This document shows, piece after piece, positions 9,610 to 19,113 of a stretch of 64,000 nt of DNA (its first letter is position 1; every line of letters starts with the position of its first letter). This stretch comes from an uncultured Acholeplasmataceae bacterium (GTDB taxonomy: Bacteria; Bacillota_I; Bacilli_A; Acholeplasmatales; Acholeplasmataceae). Position numbers and translations under genes: made by a program. The notes under the pieces were generated by a model that made no database searches, had not been told where the DNA came from, and saw only the letters and a program-made list of their open reading frames with translations. The DNA is taken from the NCBI GenBank assembly GCA_963539835.1, contig CAUTMM010000003.1, positions 78,728 to 142,727 on the forward strand. The letters run 5' to 3'.

Positions 9610-12600
9610 TTAAATACCTCCATTACTGCGAGCAGGTTTTAAGTCAAGCAGTGATTTAACAGCGTCGTTTTCGCCAGTTTCTGAGTTGATTAACTCAACG
9701 TAAATACCAAGGGCTTGCAGTTCACGAGTTAACACGTGGAAAGATTCAGGCAGAGAAGGGCGTGGGATTAAATTGCCTTGAGTAATTGCAGAGTAGGCTT
9801 TGTTTCTGCCGACCTTGTCGTCTGACTTGATGGTCAGCATCTCTTGCAGAACATGGGCAGCGCCGTAGCCATATAGCGCCCAAACTTCCATCTCTCCTAG
9901 TTTTTGGCCACCGTTTTGAGCCTTTCCGCCCATAGGTTGCTGGGTAACTAAAGTATAAGGTCCAACGTTTCTAGCGTGTAGTTTATCGTCAACCATGTGC
10001 GACAACTTAATCATGTACATCACACCGACTGAAACTGGATTTCTAAAAGGTTCACCAGTTCTTCCGTCATACAGGGTCATTTTACCGTTTAGCGGTAAGT
10101 TTGCTTCTTTTAAGATGTCTACAAGATCGGCGTTTTCAACACCGTCGAAAACTGGAGTTGCGATTTTAATACCTAGTTTTTTGGCAGCATATCCCAAGTG
10201 CAGTTCTAAAATTTGACCAATGTTCATACGAGAAGGTACACCAAGTGGGTTAAGCATGATGTCAACAGGAGTTCCGTCGGCCATATATGGCATGTCTTCA
10301 CGTGGCACAACAATTGAAATAACACCTTTGTTTCCGTGGCGACCGGCCATTTTATCGCCTTCTCTGATTTTTCTTTTCTTAGCGATAAAGACCTTAATTT
10401 GTTCGTTTACAGAAGGAGGTAGCTGGTCTTTGTTTTTCTTTGAAAAATACTGGATTTTTTGAACAATTCCGCCACCACCGTGTGGAACTCTAAGTGAGGT
10501 GTCTCTGTATTCTTTAGATTTTTCGCCAATAATTTCTTGAATTAGTTTTTCAGCAGGAGAAGGTTCAGCACCACCTTTAGGGGTGATTTTACCAACTAAA
10601 ATGTCGCCTTCTTTAACTTCAGAACCAAGTAGAATTACACCCTTTTGGTCAAGTTTAGCCACTGCTTGGCGGTTGGCGTTTGGAACTTCGTTTGTAAACT
10701 CTTCTTTGCCGATGTTGTTGCGAAGGTCTCTGGTTTGAATTTGATATTCATCAATATGCACAGAAGTATAGACATCGTTTTTAACTAAGTCTTCAGAAAT
10801 TATGACAGCATCTTCAAAGTTATAGCCTTCCCAAGTCATGAAAGCAACTGTGACGTTGCGACCAAGTGCGAGTTCTGCGTTGTCTGTTGAAGGTCCGTCG
10901 GCAATAGTTTCGTTTAAGTCAACCCAGTCTCCAACGTTGACAATTGGTTTTTGCACGATTGAAGTGTTTTGGTTTGAACGTTCATAGTTAATTAACGTGT
11001 AGACATCGGTGTCGCTAAGTCCATATTTATAGATTTTAAGCGCTTGTTCTGCAGTCCAGTCTGAGTTTGGTGCAAACAGAATTTCGCCGTCGTATTTAAT
11101 GGTTTTGTCAGGGATTGGCAAGACGTCAATGCGTTTTGCGTCAACATACACTGCATATCCTGCGTTTTTAGCAACCACAGAAGTACCTGAGTTTTTAGCA
11201 GCACGATACTCAATTCCAGTACCAACTAACGGTGCCTCTGGTTTAATTACAGGGACAGCTTGGCGTTGCATGTTGGCGCCCATTAAACAACGAGAGGCCT
11301 CGTCGTGTTCAAGGAAAGGAATTGTCGCTGTTGCTACTGAGACAATTTGTTTTGAAGACACGTCCATATACTGAACGTCTTCGCGAGCAAAAATTCCGGT
11401 TTCTCCACGTAGTCTACCAGTAACAGTTGGCTCTTTAATAGTTCCGTCTGGATTTAACTCAGTAGCAGCAGAGGCAATTACTGCGTTGTACTCTTCGTCT
11501 GCAGTTAAATAAAGGTGGTGGTCCACTACTTTTGGCACGCACACGCCGTTTACTTGATTTGTGCGGTCCAGTTTAAAGTAAGGGGTTTGAATAAAACCAT
11601 ATTTATCGATTTTGGCGTAAGAAGACAGCGAAGAAATTAAACCGATAGACTGTCCTTCTGGAGTTTCAATTGGACAAATTCGACCGTAGTGAGAAGCGTG
11701 AACGTCTCGCACTTCAATACCTGCGCGGTCGCGAGAAATACCACCACTGCCAAGTGCCGATACACGACGTTTTTGAGTAAGTTCAGCAAGTGGGTTGGTT
11801 TGGTCCATAAATTGTGACAATTGAGATGACCCAAAAAATGCATTTAACACAGTAGTCAGAGGTTTGGTGTTCATAATTGCCGGAATTGTAATGTCTGTAA
11901 AAGACTTAACCGACATTTTGTCTTTAATGTTTTTCTCGGCTCTGGCCATACCAATTCTAAATTGGTTGGCAAGCAGTTCACCAATTAAACGTACACGACG
12001 GTTTCCAAGGTGGTCAATGTCGTCAATTTGACCGATGTTTTCATATAAGTTCAAAAAGTAAGAAATACCAGCGACGATGTCTGAAACCGTAACATAGGTT
12101 TTAGCCTCGCGACTGTCGTTTCCAATAACTCTAATTGCTTGGCTTTCACCTAAATCAGTTCTCTTAACAACGTCTAGGATTTCTGCGTAAACTGGTTGTC
12201 TTTGCGCTGGTTTTTCAAAAACATTGCCAGTTAAAAAGTAGTTTAAGACTTTTTCGTCCAGTCCATTTCTAAGTTCGCGAAGAGTTCTTAGAACTTGTTC
12301 GTCAATTTGAGTACCAGCGTCAAAAACAACTTCGCCAGTTTTGATGTTGTAAATTGGTTCTTTGGTTACCAACTGAACGTGGTCGCCCTCGCCAACATAC
12401 TCAGTTAACACAGCGGCTTTGTCAATGTTTTGAAGAGAATTGTCAGCAGAAATAACTTCTTTTCTAAATAAATGACGGTTTGCGTCAAGTAATTTCAAAG
12501 CCTCTTCATCAAGCAAAGTATTGGCAGCAAGCACAACTTTGCCTTTCGCGTCTTTTAAATCTGCGGCAAGATAAGTGTTTTTAACGCGACTAAGTACGTC

Positions 12601-13437
12601 TAGTTTTTGGTTAAACTTATAACGGCCAACTCCAAGTAAGTTGTAGCGGCGAATGTCAAATAGACGTTGGCGAATTAACTCTCGTGCGCCTGAAACTGGA
12701 ATAATTTCGCCTTGTCTTAAACGAGAAACAATTTCAACTACTGCGTCGTCTGAAGACTTAGTTGTGTCTTTCTCTAAAGTTTCTTTTAATTGTTCTGACT
12801 TAAATAGTTTGTCAATTTCCTTGTTTGAAGGTACACCTAGGGCTTTGATGAAAGTGGTTAGTGAGATTTTTTTAGAGCGATCTAATTTTGCCCAAAGTAG
12901 TTCTTTGTTGCCTTCTTCAAACTCAACCCAAGCACCACGGGTTGGAATCATTTGACCAGAGTAGATTACCTTGTTGATCTTTTTGTTGATGTCTTTAGTG
13001 AAATAAACTCCACTTGAACGCACAATTTGAGAAACCACCACGCGTTCAGCGCCGTTGATAATAAAAGTAGCAGTTGGAGTCATTGAAGGCATTTCTGTCA
13101 ACAAGACTTTTGCTTCTCTAAGTTCACCTGTGATACAGTTTTCTAACTTAACATCGGCCATCACTTGAGCTGAATAGGTGATGTCTCTAGTTTTAGACTC
13201 AGCGATGGTGTAATTAGGTTCTTGAACTTCAACGCTTTCAAAGTACAGTTTAATGTCACCATTGTTTCCTTCAATTGGTGAAAGTTCTTTTAGCAATTCA
13301 AGTAAGTCTGATTTGATAAATTTTTCAAAAGACTGTGTTTGAATTTCAATCAAGTCTGGCAAGTCAACATCATACATCATTTTTGAGTAATTACGACGTT
13401 CAGTTTTTTTGCCATATTTTATGTTTTTAAAACTCAT
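9610..13437 (-). CDS. rpoB: DNA-directed RNA polymerase subunit beta
   Basis: The core aligns from MSFKNIKYGKKTERRNYSKM...LPDLIEIQTQSF, residue-for-residue like the Bacillus RpoB N-terminus. GGAGGA lies just upstream of the ATG at 13437. The ORF-track start (13521) would run through the predicted promoter, so the start is trimmed to 13437 (1275 aa). Confidence 0.97.
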   Translation of the reverse strand: MSFKNIKYGKKTERRNYSKMMYDVDLPDLIEIQTQSFEKFIKSDLLELLKELSPIEGNNGDIKLYFESVEVQEPNYTIAESKTRDITYSAQVMADVKLENCITGELREAKVLLTEMPSMTPTATFIINGAERVVVSQIVRSSGVYFTKDINKKINKVIYSGQMIPTRGAWVEFEEGNKELLWAKLDRSKKISLTTFIKALGVPSNKEIDKLFKSEQLKETLEKDTTKSSDDAVVEIVSRLRQGEIIPVSGARELIRQRLFDIRRYNLLGVGRYKFNQKLDVLSRVKNTYLAADLKDAKGKVVLAANTLLDEEALKLLDANRHLFRKEVISADNSLQNIDKAAVLTEYVGEGDHVQLVTKEPIYNIKTGEVVFDAGTQIDEQVLRTLRELRNGLDEKVLNYFLTGNVFEKPAQRQPVYAEILDVVKRTDLGESQAIRVIGNDSREAKTYVTVSDIVAGISYFLNLYENIGQIDDIDHLGNRRVRLIGELLANQFRIGMARAEKNIKDKMSVKSFTDITIPAIMNTKPLTTVLNAFFGSSQLSQFMDQTNPLAELTQKRRVSALGSGGISRDRAGIEVRDVHASHYGRICPIETPEGQSIGLISSLSSYAKIDKYGFIQTPYFKLDRTNQVNGVCVPKVVDHHLYLTADEEYNAVIASAATELNPDGTIKEPTVTGRLRGETGIFAREDVQYMDVSSKQIVSVATATIPFLEHDEASRCLMGANMQRQAVPVIKPEAPLVGTGIEYRAAKNSGTSVVAKNAGYAVYVDAKRIDVLPIPDKTIKYDGEILFAPNSDWTAEQALKIYKYGLSDTDVYTLINYERSNQNTSIVQKPIVNVGDWVDLNETIADGPSTDNAELALGRNVTVAFMTWEGYNFEDAVIISEDLVKNDVYTSVHIDEYQIQTRDLRNNIGKEEFTNEVPNANRQAVAKLDQKGVILLGSEVKEGDILVGKITPKGGAEPSPAEKLIQEIIGEKSKEYRDTSLRVPHGGGGIVQKIQYFSKKNKDQLPPSVNEQIKVFIAKKRKIREGDKMAGRHGNKGVISIVVPREDMPYMADGTPVDIMLNPLGVPSRMNIGQILELHLGYAAKKLGIKIATPVFDGVENADLVDILKEANLPLNGKMTLYDGRTGEPFRNPVSVGVMYMIKLSHMVDDKLHARNVGPYTLVTQQPMGGKAQNGGQKLGEMEVWALYGYGAAHVLQEMLTIKSDDKVGRNKAYSAITQGNLIPRPSLPESFHVLTRELQALGIYVELINSETGENDAVKSLLDLKPARSNGGI

Positions 13438-13511
13438 TTTTCCTCCAGTTTCTGTGCGTATATAATATATAATATATAACTCGTTTTTTTGATTAGCGCA
13501 TATACGAAAAA

Positions 13512-13540
13512 ATGATACCACAAATTAAATTTTTTGCCAA
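13512..13540 (-). promoter_or_regulatory. Putative sigma-A promoter of rpoBC
   Basis: The minus strand reads TTGGCA, a 17-nt spacer, then TATCAT, with TG upstream (TGTGGTATCAT). It lies about 75 nt upstream of the rpoB ATG. Confidence 0.5.
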
Positions 13541-13571
13541 TTAAAAACTATTGTTTGATTTGCTTTTTTCA

Positions 13572-13606
13572 TAAAAAAATGACCTTATTTTAAAAAGCAA
13601 GGCCAT
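13572..13606 (-). terminator. Rho-independent terminator of nfo
   Basis: Minus-strand RNA reads AUGGCCUU-loop-AAGGUCAU followed by UUUUUUU. The single imperfect position is a G.U wobble on the minus strand but an A.C mismatch on the plus strand, which fits minus-strand use. Confidence 0.7.
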
Positions 13607-13641
13607 AATTTAATGATTTTTTAAGTTGTTTTTTTAAGTTT

Positions 13642-14496
13642 TTATTCAGACAACATTTGAATCTCTTTAAGGTAAATGTCTGGGTCTGCGTCAACCGGGG
13701 TTTCCAGAATTTTTGGAATATCTAGAAACTCAGGGTTTTGAACGATTGCTTTCAGCGGTTCAAGGCCTATTTTGCCTTTGCCAATGTTAGCATGGCGATC
13801 TTTGTGGGAAGACAGGCCATGTAGTGAATCGTTGATGTGAAATAAAAATAGTTTATCTAGACCTACTGTTTTTTTAAACTCAGCAAAGACTTCGACTTGA
13901 TGGTCTTTAATGTCGTAGCCTGCATCAAAAATATGGCAAGTGTCTATACACACCCCTAAGTCTGGGTCTGGATAAGTTTGAATAATTTCGGCGATTTCTG
14001 CAAAAGTAATACCAACCTCACTACCTTTGCCGGCCATTGTTTCCACGGCAATTTTAACGCCAAAGTTATTGTCGTGAACATATTTAATTAACAGACTTAC
14101 GGCTTTTGCAACTTGTTTTAAAGAAAGAGCGCGGTCTTGAGTTAAAGCAGAGCCTGGATGCAGCACAAACATGCCGGCTCCAAGTTCGTGTGAACGCTTT
14201 AGTTCGTTTGAAAAAAAATCAACAGACCTTTGCCATTTTGCGGGGTCTAGTGAAGCAAGATTTGCAATATACGGGGCGTGGACTACAAAGTTTTTCTTAG
14301 GAATTGACAAAGCAGTTAGCAATTCATTTCCTTCTTTGACAAAACAAAGGCTGGTATTGGTGCGAAAAGTGCTTTGTGGCGGTCCTGTGAAAATCATTAA
14401 GGCAGTAGCCTGGTTGTGTTTAACTTCTGCAACCGTGCCTTTTAGATAATCTGGTTTTTTAAACGAGTTGTGTGAACCTAGGTTAAAGTTTTTCAT
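13642..14496 (-). CDS. nfo: Endonuclease IV (AP endonuclease)
   Basis: 284 aa. HAPYIANLAS, VLHPGS, ETMAGKGSEVG, IDTCHIFDAGYD, FHINDS, DRHANIGKGKIG. Confidence 0.93.
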   Translation of the reverse strand: MKNFNLGSHNSFKKPDYLKGTVAEVKHNQATALMIFTGPPQSTFRTNTSLCFVKEGNELLTALSIPKKNFVVHAPYIANLASLDPAKWQRSVDFFSNELKRSHELGAGMFVLHPGSALTQDRALSLKQVAKAVSLLIKYVHDNNFGVKIAVETMAGKGSEVGITFAEIAEIIQTYPDPDLGVCIDTCHIFDAGYDIKDHQVEVFAEFKKTVGLDKLFLFHINDSLHGLSSHKDRHANIGKGKIGLEPLKAIVQNPEFLDIPKILETPVDADPDIYLKEIQMLSE

Positions 14497-14502
14497 AAAT
14501 TT

Positions 14503-15720
14503 TTACCTATTTCCTTTTTTAAACTGAGCGCGAAAGCTCTTAACTTTAGCAGCTTTCACGGCTTTTTCAATGGCTTTTTTGTTTTGTTTTTTGTAGTTTG
14601 GCTTAACTTTAGTCGGTTTTTTAACAGTCTTGACGGCAGCAATAATTAACTCGCTTTGTTTAGACTTAGGTTTTTTTAACTCAAAAACCTCGTTGTTTTT
14701 GACTTTAAGTTCAATAAAGGGTGAATTTTGTGGTTGGTAATTGTAAAGTCGTCTTTTATCTAAGTCAGTGTAAATTGTGTAGACCTCGCCAAAGCGGTTG
14801 AATCTTGCGGTTCTGCCTTGTCGGTGTTCAAAAATCGCTTTGGTTTTAGGAACATCTAAGTTAAAAATATGACTGAAGTTTAAGTCAATTCCGCGTGAAA
14901 ACAAGTCAGTTGCAACAACTACTGAATATTTTTCTTGAGTCAATTCTTTATAAATTCTTTGGCGTTCTTTTAAATCTAGGTTGCCAGAAATTAAAACTGT
15001 GTTTGGAAATTCTTTTACGATTTCTTGATAAACTTTTTTAAGTTCTGTCTTTTTTGAAACAAAAACCAGTGCTGTATATGGGTTTTTTGCCTTCAGCAAA
15101 GCAACTAAAGTTTTGATTTCTTCGCCAATTTCTGCTCTGGCTATATAGTGTTTTAAATTAAGGTGTGAGTTTGTTTCTTCAAGCATTAAGAAAGAGCCAA
15201 AAAAAGCCTTGATAAAAGGTTTCATAGACTTTTTAACAGTGGCAGAAACTAAAATAAAACGGCTTTTTTTAAAGTAAGCAAAAACTTGGTTAAGTTCTTC
15301 CATAAACTCTACTTCAAACATAAAATCAGCCTCGTCTGCGACTAAAAACTTAAACTCAGCTTGATTAAAAACGCCTGCTTTAATTAACTCAGTTGCTTTT
15401 TTAGGGGTTAATATAAAAATTTGTTTACCTGTCAAACTCGGTTTTTTAGCGTCCAAATAAACTTTTTTGGCAAATAAGCGCTCAAAAACCAAGGCAGTTT
15501 GCAGACAAAGTTCGGTAGTTGGACACAAAATCAAGGCTTTGTCTTCTGACTTTAAGCAAAGGTAGAGCGGAACTAAATACGCAAAAGTCTTGCCAATTCC
15601 TGTTTTCGCTGAAATTACGACATTGGTATTTTGCTTTAAAATTGTGTTTATTGACCTTTTTTGAAAAGCAGTAAACTCAGATATATTTAATTTTTTAAGA
15701 ATTTCTGTAAACTGTTCCAT
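14503..15720 (-). CDS. DEAD-box ATP-dependent RNA helicase with a Lys-rich C-terminal tail
   Basis: 405 aa. Q-motif FTAFQ, AKTGIGKTFAY, ADEAD, SAT, SRGID, HRQGRTAR. Confidence 0.9.
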   Translation of the reverse strand: MEQFTEILKKLNISEFTAFQKRSINTILKQNTNVVISAKTGIGKTFAYLVPLYLCLKSEDKALILCPTTELCLQTALVFERLFAKKVYLDAKKPSLTGKQIFILTPKKATELIKAGVFNQAEFKFLVADEADFMFEVEFMEELNQVFAYFKKSRFILVSATVKKSMKPFIKAFFGSFLMLEETNSHLNLKHYIARAEIGEEIKTLVALLKAKNPYTALVFVSKKTELKKVYQEIVKEFPNTVLISGNLDLKERQRIYKELTQEKYSVVVATDLFSRGIDLNFSHIFNLDVPKTKAIFEHRQGRTARFNRFGEVYTIYTDLDKRRLYNYQPQNSPFIELKVKNNEVFELKKPKSKQSELIIAAVKTVKKPTKVKPNYKKQNKKAIEKAVKAAKVKSFRAQFKKGNR

Positions 15721-15769
15721 CTCTTTAATTTTAACTTATTTTAAAAGCATTTTAAACTGATTTTAAAAA

Positions 15770-16870
15770 TCACTCTGACTTAAAAAAACCACTATTCAAG
15801 TCGTTTTTTGGCTTAATTTCTCTAAAGTTAGAAAGACCGACTCCAAATAGCCGAATTGGCACGTCAATTTCTAGTTTTTCTTTAATGAAGTCTTCAAGGG
15901 CGTTTTGAATGTCAAAAGCACTAGAAATATAGTAAGTTAAAGTTTTTGCGCGAGTATAGGTTTTGAAGTTAGTGGTTTTAAACTTAAAGTTAACAGTTTT
16001 AGCCTCCAGTCCAAAGTCCGCGAGTTGTTCGGCTAAATCTTGGTAAATTAGCTTGATTTTTGCAATGATTGCTTCAAGAGAATCTACTGCGTAGTTTAAA
16101 GTAACTTCTCTTGACATACTTTTGGGAACGCTGATTTGATATGGTTCAATAAAGTCTTTGGAGTGTCCAGAGACCGCTGCCATGATTTCTAAAAGATGTT
16201 GTGGGCGATAAAGTTCGGCTAACTTTCTTTGATTGTCTTTTGAAATAAAGTCAGAAAGTGTATAAATTCCAAGTTCTTGTAATGCCGTGGTTGTGGATTT
16301 GCCGAACCCGTATAGTTTGCCAAGTGGCATTTCACAGATTTTACTTTTAATCTCATCGCAGTAAAGTGTAGAGATACCCAAAGGTTTATCTAAGTCAGAA
16401 GCGATTTTGGCTAAATATAAAGTTTCTGAAATCCCAATTGAAACAGGCAGTTTATAGGTATCCATTAAATGTTTTTGAATTTGTTTTGCAAGTTCATGCG
16501 GCTCAATTTTATGAGTTTCTAAGTAATCTGTAAAGTCAACATAAGCCTCGTCAATTGAAGCAATTTGTATTTTATTGGTAAAAGTAAATAAATAGTCGAA
16601 AAATAAGTTAGAAAAACGTTTGTATAGTTTAAAGTCAGTCGGCACAATCACAATTTTTGGATACTTGCGTTTAGCCTCAACTATTGTCATTCCAGACTTT
16701 ATGTCATAGCGGCGAGCAGAATAAGAAGAGGTTGAAACTACTCCTTTGTTTAGGTGAGACTGATCTGAACCCACGACAAAAACAGTGTGTCTAAGATAAG
16801 GTTCTTTTATCATGTGACACGCTGCAAAAAACTGGTCTAAATCCAAATGAAAAATATAGGTTTTTTTCAT
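15770..16870 (-). CDS. dinB: DNA polymerase IV (Y-family translesion polymerase)
   Basis: 366 aa. HLDLDQFFAA, SIDEAYVD, and little-finger region colinearity. SD AAGGAG upstream. Confidence 0.92.
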   Translation of the reverse strand: MKKTYIFHLDLDQFFAACHMIKEPYLRHTVFVVGSDQSHLNKGVVSTSSYSARRYDIKSGMTIVEAKRKYPKIVIVPTDFKLYKRFSNLFFDYLFTFTNKIQIASIDEAYVDFTDYLETHKIEPHELAKQIQKHLMDTYKLPVSIGISETLYLAKIASDLDKPLGISTLYCDEIKSKICEMPLGKLYGFGKSTTTALQELGIYTLSDFISKDNQRKLAELYRPQHLLEIMAAVSGHSKDFIEPYQISVPKSMSREVTLNYAVDSLEAIIAKIKLIYQDLAEQLADFGLEAKTVNFKFKTTNFKTYTRAKTLTYYISSAFDIQNALEDFIKEKLEIDVPIRLFGVGLSNFREIKPKNDLNSGFFKSE

Positions 16871-16886
16871 TCTGCTCCTTTAAGTG

Positions 16887-16895
16887 TGGTAAAAT
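16887..16895 (+). promoter_or_regulatory. Extended -10 promoter element TGGTAAAAT
   Basis: TGgTAAAAT lies about 25 nt upstream of the small plus-strand ORF. The same nonamer is found upstream of tig and of the 63-aa/pepC unit. Confidence 0.45.
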
Positions 16896-16912
16896 AAAAA
16901 AGTAATTGCGAG

Positions 16913-17203
16913 GTGAATGCTGTGGCTGAAGATAAAAAAGTTGAAAATCTTGAAACAGAACTAACAAGTTCTTTAAAAAAAGAACTAAAAGAAGATAAAA
17001 AGAAAGAAAAGAAAGCCGATAAAGCCAGCAAGGCTCTTAAAGATAGAAAAGAAAAAAACCTAGAACCTGGAGTAATAATTTTAAAAAACCCAAGCAAAAC
17101 GCTAAAAGGAAAAATCATAATTTGGGTAATTCTGGGTGCGATGGCGCTTTCATTTGTGGCTGCTTTTATTTCAATTATCTTAAAAGCAAACGGGGTTATT
17201 TAA
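16913..17203 (+). CDS. Small Lys/Glu-rich protein with a single C-terminal TM helix (tail-anchored type)
   Basis: GTG start. A second in-frame GTG at 16922 has a better SD (GAGGTG, 6 nt spacing). The hydrophobic end is IIIWVILGAMALSFVAAFISIIL. It has its own promoter-like element and a downstream hairpin. The antisense 83-aa ORF is low-complexity and rejected. Confidence 0.5.
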   Translation: MNAVAEDKKVENLETELTSSLKKELKEDKKKEKKADKASKALKDRKEKNLEPGVIILKNPSKTLKGKIIIWVILGAMALSFVAAFISIILKANGVI

Positions 17204-17226
17204 ATTAATACAAATTAAGTCTTTTT

Positions 17227-17258
17227 TAAAAAAGGTTGATTTATTCGACCTTTTTTTA
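17227..17258. terminator. Bidirectional hairpin between convergent genes (small ORF / dxs)
   Basis: AAAAAAGGTTG-ATTTATT-CGACCTTTTTTT, flanked by an A-run and a T-run. Confidence 0.45.
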
Positions 17259-18953
17259 ATTTTCAATCGCTGCTTGGATGTCGGCTAAAGTTAATTTAAA
17301 GTCTTTAAGCAGTTCTGCTCTAGTTTTTTCTGAAACTAAACAATTGTCTAAGTTTAGCGAAATAACTTTTTTGTTTAAATTACGGCGATTTAAGAAATCT
17401 AAAACTAAACCGTAAAGCAGAGAACTTGCTTCTTCAACTATTACAATTTTTTGGTGTTTTTCAACTTGATTTAAAAAACCTACCTCGTCTTCTATCTGAG
17501 AAATCAGCCTAGCGTTGACTAGTGTGAAGTCTTGGTTTAAGTTTTGATAAATTTCTTTTAAAATTGGGCCGTAGCTTAAAACTAAAGTGTTTTTGCCTGT
17601 TTTTAGAGTTTGCCAAAACGGCTCTTTTTTAAACTTTATAGAAAAGGTTTCAGAATCTAGGTTTTGGTTAAGTGGCAGTTTTGGATAAGCAATGGCCTTC
17701 AGTCCAGGTAAATCAAAAGTAGAAGAAAGAAGTGTTGCGTAGTCTGAGTCCAGACCACAGGCAAAAACTTTGGTGTTTGGAAAACAACTAAGTAGTTTAG
17801 TAAAGTAAGTGCCTTGGTGAGTAGAGGGGTCGCGATTTGTTAAAAATGCTGAGTTTAAAAGTAGAGTTACATCTAAATTAACTCTAGCAATATCTGAAAG
17901 CAGGTAGTCAAGCGAACGCTGAATAAAAGTAGTGTAATACGGCAATATTACTTTCTTTTTATTTAAGGCTAAACTAGCCGCTAGCATTGCTGAGTTACCT
18001 TCTGCTATACCTGAGTCTATAAATCTATCAGGGTATTTTTCTTTAAAGTCTTTGGTGAAATTGCCAAGTTCCATACCACTTTCAATTAAATAAAATTCAC
18101 GCAGTTTAGCAAACTCACTAATAACTTTTCCCATGATGTAAGGGGTTTGAATTTGCGTTGAATTACTGTATGAATGATACTTACCGCTTACATCTGAAAC
18201 CGCTTCAACAAGCCCTTTTCCCTTAATTGTCTCAATTAAAAATACAACTGGTGCTTTTACCTTTAAGACAGATTTTAAAACGTCAATTAAAGCAATAACA
18301 TCATTGCCTTCTTTAAGGTAAAAAAACCGATAACCAAGGGCCTCAAAGTAAGCACGTGCTTTGGTGGGATCATTTAAAGTATGTCTAAACGCACCAACGT
18401 TTTCAACAATTGAGCATTTGTTGTTGTTAATAATAACGGTGCCAGGTAAGTTGCATCCACTTAAAGTATTTAGTCCTTCAAAGGCAATTCCTGCGTTTAG
18501 TGCACCGTCTCCAATCACTGCTATATTTTTATTTAATGGGTTTGTTAAGCAAAATCCCGCTAAAGCAGACAGAGATTGAGACGCGTGTCCCGCTTCAAAA
18601 AAATCATATTTAGATTCGCTGTATGCGGTGAACCCCGAGATTTTTCTTTCGCTAAAATTAAGAAAACCACTGCCGCGACCAGTTAAAATTTTGTAAGTGT
18701 ATGCTTGGTGTCCAATGTCAAAAAGCAGTTTGTCTTTATCTAAGTCAAGTAAGTAAACCAAGGCCACGGTTAGCTCAATAGTTGCTAAATTAGAACTTAG
18801 ATGTCCGCCTGACTTTAAGATGATTTCTTTAATAAACTCTCTAATTTCTGCGCAAAGTTTTGGCAGGTCTTGGACATTGATTTTTTTTAAATCAGCAGGT
18901 AAAAAGTCAAGTAAATTAAAATTACTGCTCATTTTCGATTGCTTTTTTAGCAA
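17256..18953 (-). CDS. dxs: 1-deoxy-D-xylulose-5-phosphate synthase-like protein (short, divergent)
   Basis: 565 aa. DIGHQAYTYKILTGR, GHASQSLSA, ThDP motif GDGALNAGIAFEGLN...NNN, and THQG. Several normally conserved motifs are substituted (see findings). Confidence 0.78.
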   Translation of the reverse strand: MLKKQSKMSSNFNLLDFLPADLKKINVQDLPKLCAEIREFIKEIILKSGGHLSSNLATIELTVALVYLLDLDKDKLLFDIGHQAYTYKILTGRGSGFLNFSERKISGFTAYSESKYDFFEAGHASQSLSALAGFCLTNPLNKNIAVIGDGALNAGIAFEGLNTLSGCNLPGTVIINNNKCSIVENVGAFRHTLNDPTKARAYFEALGYRFFYLKEGNDVIALIDVLKSVLKVKAPVVFLIETIKGKGLVEAVSDVSGKYHSYSNSTQIQTPYIMGKVISEFAKLREFYLIESGMELGNFTKDFKEKYPDRFIDSGIAEGNSAMLAASLALNKKKVILPYYTTFIQRSLDYLLSDIARVNLDVTLLLNSAFLTNRDPSTHQGTYFTKLLSCFPNTKVFACGLDSDYATLLSSTFDLPGLKAIAYPKLPLNQNLDSETFSIKFKKEPFWQTLKTGKNTLVLSYGPILKEIYQNLNQDFTLVNARLISQIEDEVGFLNQVEKHQKIVIVEEASSLLYGLVLDFLNRRNLNKKVISLNLDNCLVSEKTRAELLKDFKLTLADIQAAIEN

Positions 18954-19110
18954 CCTCTAAAATCGAGTCGGCTTTTTGAATTAAGTCTTTGGTTTGCTTA
19001 TAAAGTTCAATTGAAACCATGATGTCGTTTTCTTGATTTAACTTGTCAATGTTTTCCTTTATTTTTGCAAACAATGCTTTTAATTCTATGTTTTTTTCTG
19101 AATTGTTCAT
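18922..19110 (-). CDS. xseB: Exodeoxyribonuclease VII small subunit
   Basis: 62-aa helical protein immediately after xseA, with typical size and position. Confidence 0.85.
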   Translation of the reverse strand: MNNSEKNIELKALFAKIKENIDKLNQENDIMVSIELYKQTKDLIQKADSILEVAKKAIENEQ

Positions 19111-19113
19111 GTT

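Noticed and set aside
13438-13521. 28-codon N-terminal extension of rpoB in the ORF track (also tig 55117-55173 and paralog A 33144-33182)
   Set aside because: The extensions run through predicted promoter elements or AT-rich leaders. They are followed by strong SD-ATG pairs at the positions where the homologous proteins normally start.
16867-17118. 83-aa minus-strand ORF opposite the small KE-rich gene
   Set aside because: It is F/S/L low-complexity, the mirror of K/E codons, and would start upstream of the dinB ATG region without its own signals. The plus-strand ORF has a promoter-like element, an SD, a TM segment and a terminator.
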